Source: an uncultured Legionella sp. (GTDB taxonomy: Bacteria > Pseudomonadota > Gammaproteobacteria > Legionellales > Legionellaceae). From it: a stretch of 64,000 nt of DNA. Below the pieces are notes generated by a model. The model saw only the letters and a program-made list of their open reading frames with translations, had not been told where the DNA came from and searched no databases. Shown here one piece after another: positions 20,050-29,660 of this stretch. The DNA lies in the NCBI GenBank assembly GCA_964428035.1, contig CAYRWO010000003.1:110442-174441 (forward strand), given 5' to 3'. A program made the position numbers and the translations under genes. Numbering within the stretch: position 1 is the first letter of the stretch; every line of letters begins with the position of its first letter.

Positions 20050-21272
20050 TGGAAACCTCCAGCTTGAACTTTATTAACCATGGTAGGTTGTTGATTAGTA
20101 CTTTGTCTCAGTGCGGCAACTTCCTCAGGTTGAATCTCATCTTCCGTATTATTGCCCCAGGCATTACGTTCGTAAGTCGCAATTGCTGCAATTTCTTCGT
20201 CTGTTAACTGATCTTTATAGGCTTGCATTGCCGATCCCGGGATACCATTCAGGATCAGATCGATATGACGGGAAACGGGCTTACCCACAGCGATAGAACT
20301 GCCTCTAAGCGCAGGATACATTGGTGGAAGACCCATACCATCTTCCTTATGACAGGCAAGACACAATTGTTCGTATTTTTGTTTACCTAAACTCATTAAC
20401 TCAGAGAGGGTCATTGTTTTTTGAACAGCGGGCTGAGTTTCCATTTTCCCGGTTTGCTCATCTGTTTTAGCTTGATGAGCAACCCATTGCTCAAACTCAT
20501 CTTGACTTACAGCCTCTACCACTATAGGCATAAATCCATGATTAATCCCACAAAGCTCAGCACATTGGCCTCTGTATACACCTGGTTTTTCAATTTTTGC
20601 CCATGCTTCATACATGAATCCTGGAATTGCATCACGTTTAATGCCTAATTCCGGCACCCACCAGGAATGAACCACATCATTAGAAGTCACCAGAAGACGA
20701 ATTTTTTTATTAACGGGTAAAACCAAAGGCTTATCTACTTCCAGTAAATACCATAGCCCTTTTTCCTGCTTATTCTGAATTTGCTCATAAGGGGTCGATA
20801 AATTACTAAAAAAACTGATTCCCTGATCCAGATATTGATATTGCCATCGCCATTGGTGGCCCACTATCTTAACGGTTACTTCAGATTGATTGCTATCATC
20901 CATGCGAATCAATACTCTGGTCGCAGGAACGGCTAACCCAACAAGAATTAAAAATGGAATGATGGACCAGACTATTTCTAATCGAGGATTATCGTGAAAT
21001 GTTGCCGGTGTATATCCTTTGGATTTTCTATGATGTATGAGGGAATAAATCATCACCCCAAATACAACAACGCCAATAATCACGCATATGACCATGGCAA
21101 CCATATGCAGATAATAGATATCCTTACTTAAAGGGGTTACCCCTTTATACATATTTAATTGCCAGTAATCCGCAGCGGCCAGCACTGATGGCGTGGCAAA
21201 CAAAGCACAAAGGATTACCACTAATCTACAGATCTTTAACCTGTTTAACATCCCAATCCCTCTTCTCTTCAA
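20046..21272 (-). CDS. coxB: cytochrome c oxidase subunit II with fused C-terminal cytochrome c domain (caa3-type)
   Basis: CuA site CAELCGINHGFM. A C-terminal CLACH haem-c motif has a downstream PGSAM. Overlaps the coxA start by 4 nt. Confidence 0.93.
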   Translation of the reverse strand: MKRRGIGMLNRLKICRLVVILCALFATPSVLAAADYWQLNMYKGVTPLSKDIYYLHMVAMVICVIIGVVVFGVMIYSLIHHRKSKGYTPATFHDNPRLEIVWSIIPFLILVGLAVPATRVLIRMDDSNQSEVTVKIVGHQWRWQYQYLDQGISFFSNLSTPYEQIQNKQEKGLWYLLEVDKPLVLPVNKKIRLLVTSNDVVHSWWVPELGIKRDAIPGFMYEAWAKIEKPGVYRGQCAELCGINHGFMPIVVEAVSQDEFEQWVAHQAKTDEQTGKMETQPAVQKTMTLSELMSLGKQKYEQLCLACHKEDGMGLPPMYPALRGSSIAVGKPVSRHIDLILNGIPGSAMQAYKDQLTDEEIAAIATYERNAWGNNTEDEIQPEEVAALRQSTNQQPTMVNKVQAGGFQ

Positions 21273-21321
21273 GTAGTCAGGTCAGCCTGACTCATGTTTA
21301 ATCGATTGAATAATTTAATAT

Positions 21322-22896
21322 TTACCACAAGGAGTAATTTCCTTCAGTTTTAGACTTATTTACTATGTACTTAATGGCCTCAATGATTTCATTAGTAGTA
21401 CATTTATCACAGCCTCCATTTTTTGGATGGTCTTTTCCCTTAATCGTATTTTCGATCAAGACATCCATATTTTTGGCAATTAAAGGCTTCCATACCGCTT
21501 TATCACCAATCTTGGGCGCGCCAGATTTGCCCTCATTATGGCAAACGGCACAATTTTCATTATAAATATTAATGCCACTGGCAGGATATTTTGCTGCACC
21601 TTCAGCGGACAGGTCTTTCCATTGAGAACGAGTCAAGGATTCGTTAAGAATGTAATCTACCGCAGAAATGATATCGTTATCAGAACAAGTGACACAGGCT
21701 CCTTTTATTGGCATGGAATTGAAACCATGAATCACATGCCGATAGAGTCCAGTTAAACCACTGCTTTTGAGACGCATATACCAGTTTGCCGGATCGCCAA
21801 TAATTGGAGCACTCATTTCACCATTTTGATGGCAAATAACGCAGACCTTAGTATAAACCTGTTTGCCGCGAGACAACGAAGGAGCCTTATTTGAAGGTTC
21901 AATTGCTAATGGATCTGGAGTGGTTACTGTCTTGATGTAGGTTGCAATAGCAAGCAGATCAGCATCATTTAAATGACTTAAACTGTCGCGATTCACTTCA
22001 GCCATGGGCCCAGCTACGGGTCCAGCATTATTAAGTAACTCATTTTTTTTGAATACATTAGCTATTTGCTCATGAGTTGCGGGCTCCAGGCCGAATTTGG
22101 TGATATTAGGTGCCCAGTACCCATCAACAAAGGCTCCTGTTAAATAATATTGGGTTTTTGGCCCCCCAAACACATTGAGTGGCGTGTGACACATACTGCA
22201 ATGTCCTAATCCGTCGACTATATATTTTCCACGATTCCATTCCGGGGATTGATCTGCCTCATATTTTATTTCGGTATTTTCAGGGAAGAAAAATAAGAAA
22301 TTCCATCCCCATAGACTAAATCGGGCGCCAGGTACCCCAAAAGGGAAGGGCAAGGATTTATTTTTTAATTTTACAGGAGGAATACTCATAAAATAGGCAT
22401 ATAAAGCGCGCGCATCGTCATCAGTAATTTTAGAAAAATAGATATATGGAAATACTGGGAAATAATTTCTTCCTTGGGGATCCCGCCCCTTTTTAAGTGC
22501 CCTAATAAAATCCTCTTCCGTCCAATTACCTATTCCAGTCTCTTTATCCGGGGTGATGTTAGGACTATAAAATGTTCCAAAGGGAGTCGCTAGCGGCAAT
22601 CCTCCGGCATAAGCAGGAGTGCCACTTTTCAGATCAGTATGACAGGCAATACAGTCACCCATCTTCGCCAAATACTCTCCGCGTTGAATCAATTCGGGTT
22701 GTATACCATTTACAGCAGCCGTAGGAGGGTAGGTTGGAGTTACAGGAACCGTATGAGGATCTTTTGGAGAATTGGTATTGACGGCCGGTTCTACGGGCTG
22801 AGTACTCACGTTTTCAGCATATAAAGATTGACTAATAACACTTAGCATTGCCAAAGCGACGGTGACAATCAACTTTTTTCTTAACAAAGAGCCCAC
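21322..22896 (-). CDS. secreted tetrahaem cytochrome c (dihaem module plus two cytochrome c5-like modules)
   Basis: Signal peptide present. Four CxxCH sites: CIACH, CSMCH, CVICH and CAVCH. The last two modules each end in a c5-like Cys pair (GACVTCSDNDIISAVDYI, GGCDKCTTNEIIEAIKYI). Confidence 0.85.
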   Translation of the reverse strand: MGSLLRKKLIVTVALAMLSVISQSLYAENVSTQPVEPAVNTNSPKDPHTVPVTPTYPPTAAVNGIQPELIQRGEYLAKMGDCIACHTDLKSGTPAYAGGLPLATPFGTFYSPNITPDKETGIGNWTEEDFIRALKKGRDPQGRNYFPVFPYIYFSKITDDDARALYAYFMSIPPVKLKNKSLPFPFGVPGARFSLWGWNFLFFFPENTEIKYEADQSPEWNRGKYIVDGLGHCSMCHTPLNVFGGPKTQYYLTGAFVDGYWAPNITKFGLEPATHEQIANVFKKNELLNNAGPVAGPMAEVNRDSLSHLNDADLLAIATYIKTVTTPDPLAIEPSNKAPSLSRGKQVYTKVCVICHQNGEMSAPIIGDPANWYMRLKSSGLTGLYRHVIHGFNSMPIKGACVTCSDNDIISAVDYILNESLTRSQWKDLSAEGAAKYPASGINIYNENCAVCHNEGKSGAPKIGDKAVWKPLIAKNMDVLIENTIKGKDHPKNGGCDKCTTNEIIEAIKYIVNKSKTEGNYSLW

Positions 22897-23209
22897 GCTC
22901 CCTCCTATTTGTTCTTATTTTTTACGTTTCTCTTGAGGAGACAGAATAATTGTCGCATTTTATACTCCACTATAGATAAGTTGCAATGTTATTCAAGGTT
23001 TTACTGATAAATATACTCTTTTAGTAATCGGCTTTATCCAAGGTTACTGGCTACGAAAAATTATCCTAACAGATTAAAATCATCGCTGATATAATGCGCC
23101 TCTTCATCCATTAAGGGAACTAACCAGGGCGTTCAAACCTGCAGTCGAATTAACCAAGTTACAGAAAGAAAATAGACTTGTAACCCTTGTTGAGGGTAAA
23201 AAAATACTA

Positions 23210-23479
23210 TTGATTTGGCATAAGGAACAGGTGTATGCCGTTGAGTCTCAATGTCCTCATTTAAAATTACCTTTAACGAAGGGAAAAATCACTGACGATG
23301 GCTCCATAATATGTCCCTTTCATAAGAGTGAATTTGATTTAACCAATGGAGAAAGTAAGTGCTGGTCTCCATGGCCACCTGTAGTGGGTAACCTGTTAGG
23401 TAAAATTAGCAAGGAAAAAAACCTTAAAGTATACCCTACACAAATTGAAAACGGACAAATTTTTGTCGAATTAAATTAA
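23210..23479 (+). CDS. Rieske [2Fe-2S] domain protein, possibly 5'-truncated
   Basis: Rieske ligand motifs CPH (SQCPHLKLPL) and CPFH (IICPFHKSEF). The frame is open from 23090, but the first canonical start codon is the TTG at 23210. Confidence 0.6.
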   Translation: MIWHKEQVYAVESQCPHLKLPLTKGKITDDGSIICPFHKSEFDLTNGESKCWSPWPPVVGNLLGKISKEKNLKVYPTQIENGQIFVELN

Positions 23480-23494
23480 TATCATTTATTCTGA

Positions 23495-23521
23495 ATGCCT
23501 GTCTGTTTATCAGGCGTTTTT
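23495..23521 (+). terminator. rho-independent terminator after the Rieske gene
   Basis: gcctg-tctgtttat-caggc followed by gttttt. Confidence 0.5.
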
Positions 23522-23530
23522 GCATCAATC

Positions 23531-23708
23531 AAAATTTATCGACATCCCGCGTAGGCGGGATCCATGCCTCAAAGTAGCACCTCACCTTGCTTGCTTAATG
23601 GATACCCTACGCGTGGATGACACCAAATTGCTCAGAGTGAATTCAAAAAAGTCTACAAAATGATTAAATAAATGTCACGACTCCTCTGATGTCCGCAGGA
23701 TCCCGCTG
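23531..23708. repeat. MITE-like dispersed repeat, copy B (carries an extra about 19-bp palindromic insert)
   Basis: Same element as 4541-4692. Relative to copy A it has the additional segment ggataccctacgcgtggatg. The 69-aa ORF 23653..23862 overlapping it looks spurious. Confidence 0.7.
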
Positions 23709-23893
23709 GCTTGGCACAGAACGATGCTTCTGCTAAGAGATCGGAGTGAAGTGATAAACATTCTCTGAATGCTGCGTATAAAGTGCACCACATCACCACA
23801 TAGAGCAATAAACACACTATTTGCGATAATAAATTACACGCCTGTAAAAAATATGGTATCATTCACGCTCGGCTCATTACGATTTGTTTATTT

Positions 23894-24499
23894 ATGTTTA
23901 TTTACTTTAATGGACTAATTTTGGGTTTATCCTTGATAATGGCTTTAGGCCCCCAAAACATCTTCCTTATTAAACAAGGTGCCAGAAGAAATCATGCGGC
24001 CTTATCTGCAGCCATCTGTTTCATTTGTGACATTATTTTAGTGGGTACCAGCGTGATCGGATTGCGTGAACTCCTGTTAAGTCATCCTGGACTGCAAATC
24101 TGGATGATTATGTTAGGCTCTGCTTTTCTTTTTTATTATGCGATAAAAACGCTATGGAGTGCTTTTTCCAAGAGTAAATCCGAAACGCTCCCCTCACAAC
24201 AACCTCACAATAGAGTTCAGATTATTCTTTTTGCCTTGGGTTTTAGTTTACTGAATCCACATGCCATCATTGATACTCTGGTTATTATCGGCAGTGGCAG
24301 CAGTCAGTTTCCCGATCATGAAGTTGCTTTTTTATCAGGCGTCATTACTGCAAGCCTACTCTGGTTCAGCTCTTTATTTTTTACTACCCGTTACTTTGCC
24401 GATATTTTATCTCAAGCTATAGTATGGAAAGGTATTGAACTATTCAGTGGATTATTAATGTTTTTTATTGGTATTAAACTCGCATTAAGCAGTATTTAA
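23894..24499 (+). CDS. LysE/ArgO-family basic amino acid exporter
   Basis: 201 aa with about 6 TM segments. The N-terminus GLILGLSLIMALGPQNIFLIKQG is typical of the LysE family. Confidence 0.8.
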   Translation: MFIYFNGLILGLSLIMALGPQNIFLIKQGARRNHAALSAAICFICDIILVGTSVIGLRELLLSHPGLQIWMIMLGSAFLFYYAIKTLWSAFSKSKSETLPSQQPHNRVQIILFALGFSLLNPHAIIDTLVIIGSGSSQFPDHEVAFLSGVITASLLWFSSLFFTTRYFADILSQAIVWKGIELFSGLLMFFIGIKLALSSI

Positions 24500-24761
24500 T
24501 TAGCAGATACTGAATCAAAGAATACTGTATTGAATGTAAGAAAATTTATAACTTAAAAATAGAAAGGGCCAATCAGTGTGTCGCCAATTGACCCAGTGGA
24601 ATGACACATAGCAAGTCCAACCTCGCAAAGTCAATATCTCATAATCCACCGGTCAGTGTCAACATTTTTACCATGTTTACGTATGCCTTATTTACTAAAA
24701 TCTCATTGTTGTTCCAATTTTCTTCGGTTACACTGTTTTTTTTATGATGTTTTAGGCAATT

Positions 24762-25196
24762 ATGTTTTACGGGGATACGATACAAGACACCAGGCAAATG
24801 TTTTTTACCAGTTGGGATAAATACCAACATAAAAAACCACTATTGCCTTTGGAAAATGAAATTGTACAAGTGATACTAGCCCATCCCGAGTATCATAAGG
24901 TCATTGAAAATACAAATAAATTTCAACAGCATACCTATTATCCTGAATTGGGTGAAACCAACCCTTTTTTGCATATGGGGCTGCATCTTGCAGTGAGAGA
25001 ACAAGTAGCAACAGACCGTCCAGTTGGTATTAGTTCTGTTTATAAAAATTTAGTGAAAAAATATACTGACCCATTGATTGTTGAACATTTAATCATGGAT
25101 CAATTGGCTGAATGCTTATGGCTTTCCCAAAAAAATAATTTACCTCCTGATGAACAGCACTATTTGAATACTTTAGCTGCTTTATGTAACCCGTAG
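24762..25196 (+). CDS. conserved hypothetical protein (DUF1841-like)
   Basis: FFTSWDKY....PLLPLENEIVQVILAHPEYH pattern, recalled from the DUF1841 family. Confidence 0.45.
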   Translation: MFYGDTIQDTRQMFFTSWDKYQHKKPLLPLENEIVQVILAHPEYHKVIENTNKFQQHTYYPELGETNPFLHMGLHLAVREQVATDRPVGISSVYKNLVKKYTDPLIVEHLIMDQLAECLWLSQKNNLPPDEQHYLNTLAALCNP

Positions 25197-25489
25197 CCTC
25201 TCATTAAGTTCAATGGCAAATGCAAGAGGGCGTGGCTCAAAGGGAGAAGTCAGGCTAAGCATCAATATTGGGTCAATGGACCCAACCTACATCAACTAAT
25301 AATAGTCAAACCAAGCCTTAGCATCCCGGGTTACACTTCGTTGCACCCAGGCTACTATGCTGATCCGTGCCGCAATACATCATTCTTCACATGTTTTAAA
25401 TACCTTCACTAAACCGATTGCTATTTTAACTGGGTATCTTGATAATTATCAGTTAAGATAAGTAATTTAATCGAGCTTGTAAGTTATTT

Positions 25490-26242
25490 ATGACCAATCA
25501 GGAAAAAACCACCCATTTTGGCTTTGAATCCGTAGCCTGGGATGAGAAAGAAAAAAAAGTAGCAGAAGTTTTTCATTCTGTTGCTAAAAGCTATGATTTA
25601 ATGAATGATTTAATGTCTCTCGGTGTCCACCATCTTTGGAAACGATTTACTATTGAACTAAGCCAAGTTCGTTCAGGACAATCAGTTCTTGATTTAGCTG
25701 GGGGAAGTGGTGATTTGACTCGATTATTATCTAAAAGAGTTGGTGATACAGGCCAAGTTATTCTTGCTGATATTAACGCGGCCATGCTCAATGTAGGTCG
25801 AGACCGTTTGCTTGATGAAGGGCTCTACAAAAACATCAGTTTTGTGCAGGGAAATGCTCAATATCTACCCTTTGCTGATAACAGTTTTCATTGCATCACT
25901 ATAGGTTTTGGTCTAAGAAATGTAACAGATAAAGAAGAAGCACTACGATCGATGTATCGGGTATGTAAACCCGGAGGCAAACTAATGGTTCTTGAATTTT
26001 CGACCCCCACATTTCCCGGTTTAAAACCGATTTATGACTGGTATTCATTTAATATTTTACCTAAAGTAGGAAAATTATTTGCACAAGACGAGGCCAGTTA
26101 TCAATATCTCGCAGAATCTATACGTATGCATCCTAATCAGCCTGCCTTACAGGAAATGATTGAACGCTCGGGATTTGAAGATTGTCACTATCATAATTTA
26201 AGTGGAGGCATCGTTGCTTTGCACATTGCCTACAAATATTGA
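25490..26242 (+). CDS. ubiE: ubiquinone/menaquinone biosynthesis C-methyltransferase UbiE
   Basis: HFGF start, [18 protein letters not shown] and SAM motif [10 protein letters not shown]. ubiE-ubiJ-ubiB synteny. Confidence 0.95.
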   Translation: MTNQEKTTHFGFESVAWDEKEKKVAEVFHSVAKSYDLMNDLMSLGVHHLWKRFTIELSQVRSGQSVLDLAGGSGDLTRLLSKRVGDTGQVILADINAAMLNVGRDRLLDEGLYKNISFVQGNAQYLPFADNSFHCITIGFGLRNVTDKEEALRSMYRVCKPGGKLMVLEFSTPTFPGLKPIYDWYSFNILPKVGKLFAQDEASYQYLAESIRMHPNQPALQEMIERSGFEDCHYHNLSGGIVALHIAYKY

Positions 26243-26249
26243 GTTGATT

Positions 26250-26867
26250 ATGTTAAAAAAATATTCTTTAAAAGCACTACAAAAAGCAATTAACCAGGCT
26301 ATGAGCCTGGATGAGCAGATGCCCAACAAACTACAAACACTAAACGGCAAAGTGCTTGAAATGATTATTACTCCTTTAAATGTCAATTTTTTTATCCAAT
26401 TTAAAGAGAGTGAAATGCTCTTACTTGATCGTTACGACAGTCATCCTGATACCATTATCCATAGTAATCCTATAGGCTTAATAAGGCTGAGCTTATTACC
26501 CGCATCTAAGGCCCGCTCTTTATTTAACGATAAAGTTCGTATGTCAGGTGACATCGAATTAGGACAAAACGTTAAAAAATTATTTGATGAGATGGATATC
26601 GATTGGGAAGGACACCTGGCTCATTTCACTGGCGATGTAGTGGCGCATCAAATCGGAACTCTAGTGCGTAAAGGAATAGAATTTAAAAAACAGTTTAACC
26701 AGAACATGCGTCAAAATGTCACTGAGTATCTCCAGGAAGAGTTGCGTGTTTTTCCATCACGTAATGAGTTGGAGGACTTTTATAACGATGTAGATGAGCT
26801 ATCCTTAAACGTTGAACGATTGCAGGCTCATGTGAATCAATTGCTGAGTGCTCATGAAACGAATTAA
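26250..26867 (+). CDS. ubiJ: ubiquinone biosynthesis accessory factor UbiJ (SCP2 domain protein)
   Basis: Lies between ubiE and ubiB. SCP2-like N-terminal half (LNGKVLEMIITPLNVNFFIQF). The ATG at 26250 is preferred over the ORF-track start at 26202, which overlaps ubiE. Confidence 0.75.
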   Translation: MLKKYSLKALQKAINQAMSLDEQMPNKLQTLNGKVLEMIITPLNVNFFIQFKESEMLLLDRYDSHPDTIIHSNPIGLIRLSLLPASKARSLFNDKVRMSGDIELGQNVKKLFDEMDIDWEGHLAHFTGDVVAHQIGTLVRKGIEFKKQFNQNMRQNVTEYLQEELRVFPSRNELEDFYNDVDELSLNVERLQAHVNQLLSAHETN

Positions 26868-27537
26868 ACTGTTACGCTTCATTCCTATTCGCTTTATTCT
26901 TATAAAGTATGGCCTCAACAGTGCGATGCTGTTTCTAAAAATACGCTCCCCTTTACGGTTGTTAAACTCTCTCAATCCACGGAATTGGGTTCAAAAAAAA
27001 ACAAGAGCCTCTAATGAGGCGCCCTCTTTGTCTTTGAACGATTTTAAACCTCTCTTCAGTGAACTTAGCAAAACATTTGCGAACCAAGATCTTCATCCTG
27101 AAACTATAGTGCAGGAATTTAATAGTTTAAAAAATAAAATATCGCCTATTATCAGCAAAAAAAACGGGGTAATCATTGAACAATATAATGAACCATCCCC
27201 CTTTCAACCAGAAGCACCAATTGATATATCTCTGAAAACTGAAGAATTAGGGCAGCACATTAAAAAGTTCTGGAGTGAACTTAATATTGCCCAGTTTTCT
27301 GGCGAGAACGGTATTCATCAAATAGATTCGCTAGTGAACCGGGGGATAGAACTCAAGAAACATTTTACTGAGTCCAAACACCACAATATAGCGACCTATC
27401 TTGAAGAAGGGTTGCGTGTTTTTCCCTCACGAAATGAGCGAAACGATTTTTTTAATAAGATAGATGATTTATCATTAAGCGTTGAGCGATTGCAAGCTCA
27501 TGTTAATCAACTAATGAGCGCTCATGAAACCAATTAG
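26848..27537 (+). CDS. chimeric ORF: UbiB N-terminal segment fused to UbiJ C-terminal segment (product of tandem duplication)
   Basis: Residues 1-100 parallel UbiB residues 1-100 (MKRIKLLRFIPIRFILIKYGLN vs MKPIRQLVRLIHINYILASNGLD; SLNDFKPLFSELSK..HPETIVQEFNSLKNKI vs SLEELGPIFIKFGQ..LPEDIALELSKLQDKV). The last 100 aa or so parallel the UbiJ C-terminus (YLEEGLRVFPSRNE..LSLSVERLQAHVNQLMSAHETN vs YLQEELRVFPSRNE..LSLNVERLQAHVNQLLSAHETN). Confidence 0.7.
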   Translation: MLMKRIKLLRFIPIRFILIKYGLNSAMLFLKIRSPLRLLNSLNPRNWVQKKTRASNEAPSLSLNDFKPLFSELSKTFANQDLHPETIVQEFNSLKNKISPIISKKNGVIIEQYNEPSPFQPEAPIDISLKTEELGQHIKKFWSELNIAQFSGENGIHQIDSLVNRGIELKKHFTESKHHNIATYLEEGLRVFPSRNERNDFFNKIDDLSLSVERLQAHVNQLMSAHETN

Positions 27538-29173
27538 ACAACTAGTACGCCTTATCCATATCAACTATATCCTGGCTAGCAATGGACTGGATAATGTGGT
27601 CGTTTCATTAAGAGTATTCGCCCCCATCCGATTTATAGTCTATTTAAATCCATGGAACTGGTTCCGCAAGGTACCATTAACCCGTGGAGAGGCGCTACGC
27701 AAATCCTTAGAAGAGCTGGGTCCAATATTTATTAAATTTGGCCAAGCCCTATCAACCAGACCTGATATTTTACCAGAAGACATTGCATTAGAATTAAGCA
27801 AATTACAGGATAAGGTCCCCTCTTTCCCCAGCGCTTTAGCCATGTCACTTATTGAAAGAGCCTACGGACAATCCCCTTACGATATTTTTGCGCAGTTTGA
27901 TCCTGTTGCTTTAGCCTCAGCCTCCATGGCTCAAGTTCATGCAGCCACATTAAAAACAGGCGAAGATGTCGTAGTTAAAATACTCAGACCGAATATGCGC
28001 CGGATTATTGAACAAGACTTAAGTATTATGTATACCATTGCCAGATTGGCTGACCGGTATTGGCCTGAAGGCAAGCGCTTAAAACCTATAGAGATAGTAA
28101 CCGAATTTGAACATACCTTACTGGATGAGCTTGATTTATTAAGAGAAGCAGCCAATGCAGCACAATTGCGCCGTAACTTTAATCACTCTCCCTTATTGTA
28201 TATTCCCGAAATATACTGGGATTATTCACGTAAAAATATAATGGTTATGGAGCGTATTCATGGCATACCTGTCTCTGATGTCAGACAGTTACATGAGCAT
28301 GGGATTAATATTAAAAAACTGGCGGAGCGTGGGGTCGAAATCTTTTTTACCCAAGTGTTTCGCGATTGTTTTTTTCATGCCGACATGCATCCAGGCAACA
28401 TATTTGTATCTTATAAACATCCTCAGGAACCCCAATATATTTGCATCGATTTTGGTATTATCGGTACATTGAATGACAATGACAAACGGTATCTGGCAGA
28501 AAACCTCCTGGCCTTTTTTAACCGTGACTATCGACGTGTTGCCCAGCTCCATGTTGAAAGTGGCTGGGTAGCGCGAGATACACGTGTTGAGGAGTTTGAG
28601 AGCGCCATCCGCACGGTATGTGAACCCATATTTGAAAAACCTTTAAAAGATATTTCCTTTGCTCAAGTGGTGCTGCGCCTTTTTCAAGTAGCGCGACGCT
28701 TCCATATGATAGTTCAACCCCAGCTGATTTTATTACAAAAAACCTTGTTAGCGATAGAAGGTTTAGGCCGTCAGCTTTATCCTGAATTGGATTTGTGGGC
28801 AACTGCCAAACCCTATTTAGAAAAATGGGTAAGTCAGCAAATAGGGCCAAAGGCTTTTTTACAGCAGTTAAAACTGAATTTACCTTTTATAGCCGAGCAA
28901 CTGCCTCATTTGCCCAAACTGGTCTTTGATGTCCTGGAGCTGAAAAAGGAACAATTGATATTAAATAAAGAAGTGGTTCTCTCAGATACCAATAGTAAAC
29001 CTCAGGTGCTCCAATGGACGAGTATCGCTATAGGTGTATTTGCCTCCCTCTTATCCATTGGCATCATTAATTACTTCCATCTGTTAAACTACAAAAACCT
29101 CACTCCCGTAGCCTTAGCCGGGGCGGGGTTAGCAGGTATTTTTGCACTCATTAACCGTAAAGAAAGGAGTTAA
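27524..29173 (+). CDS. ubiB: ubiquinone biosynthesis protein kinase-like UbiB (ABC1/ADCK family)
   Basis: IKFGQALSTRPDILP, ASMAQVHAA and HADMHPGNIF motifs. C-terminal TM helices. Confidence 0.95.
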   Translation: MKPIRQLVRLIHINYILASNGLDNVVVSLRVFAPIRFIVYLNPWNWFRKVPLTRGEALRKSLEELGPIFIKFGQALSTRPDILPEDIALELSKLQDKVPSFPSALAMSLIERAYGQSPYDIFAQFDPVALASASMAQVHAATLKTGEDVVVKILRPNMRRIIEQDLSIMYTIARLADRYWPEGKRLKPIEIVTEFEHTLLDELDLLREAANAAQLRRNFNHSPLLYIPEIYWDYSRKNIMVMERIHGIPVSDVRQLHEHGINIKKLAERGVEIFFTQVFRDCFFHADMHPGNIFVSYKHPQEPQYICIDFGIIGTLNDNDKRYLAENLLAFFNRDYRRVAQLHVESGWVARDTRVEEFESAIRTVCEPIFEKPLKDISFAQVVLRLFQVARRFHMIVQPQLILLQKTLLAIEGLGRQLYPELDLWATAKPYLEKWVSQQIGPKAFLQQLKLNLPFIAEQLPHLPKLVFDVLELKKEQLILNKEVVLSDTNSKPQVLQWTSIAIGVFASLLSIGIINYFHLLNYKNLTPVALAGAGLAGIFALINRKERS

Positions 29174-29174
29174 C

Positions 29175-29360
29175 ATGGGATTAAGTGGCATCAGTCCATT
29201 ATCTTTAGTACTCATACTAGCCATTATTATCGCTCTTTTTGGTACCTCCAAATTAAAAACTTTAGGTACGGACCTGGGTGAAGCGATAAAAAACTTCCGC
29301 CGTGCTATGAGTGATGATCGGGTCAATGACTCAAAATATGATGATCATAAACCATCATGA
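29175..29360 (+). CDS. tatA: Sec-independent translocase protein TatA
   Basis: The ATG at 29175 is preceded by aaaggag. The 61-aa product MGLSGISPLSLVLILAIIIALFGTSKLKTLG has the TatA TM helix and FG hinge pattern. Confidence 0.85.
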   Translation: MGLSGISPLSLVLILAIIIALFGTSKLKTLGTDLGEAIKNFRRAMSDDRVNDSKYDDHKPS

Positions 29361-29596
29361 GTGGTGGGGAATTATTGCTGATATTTATCGTGGCTTTGAT
29401 TGTCTTTGGACCATCAAAATTGCCCATGCTTGCAACCCATCTTGGCTTATTGCTGCGCAAACTCAATCAAATAAAAGAGCAAATCGCTTTATTCTGGCAA
29501 CAACAACTCAATGAACAGCAATTAAAAGAAAATCAATACAAAGCGGAACAAGGGGATAAAGAATATAAAACAAACCCTTCTCAAACTGGGGATTAA
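29357..29596 (+). CDS. tatB: Sec-independent translocase protein TatB (short form)
   Basis: GELLLIFIVALIVFGPSKLP hinge motif. Overlaps the tatA stop by 4 nt. Confidence 0.75.
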   Translation: MSGGELLLIFIVALIVFGPSKLPMLATHLGLLLRKLNQIKEQIALFWQQQLNEQQLKENQYKAEQGDKEYKTNPSQTGD

Positions 29597-29660
29597 TTGT
29601 AAAATAACACCAGCTCGTCCCTACGTTTATTACCCTTAAGCTAAACGGATTGATCCTTCT

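Noticed and set aside
23653-23862. 69-aa minus-strand ORF between the Rieske and lysE-like genes
   Set aside because: It starts in unique DNA but runs into the MITE-like repeat. It has no motif, so it is likely spurious.
24536-24560. LetA/GacA-type box (tgtaagaaaatttataactta) and a possible RsmY/Z-like sRNA downstream
   Set aside because: The spacing does not fit TGTAAG-N6-CTTACA or TNAGAAATTTCTNA. The downstream 200 bp lacks the multiple GGA-loop hairpins expected of Rsm sRNAs.
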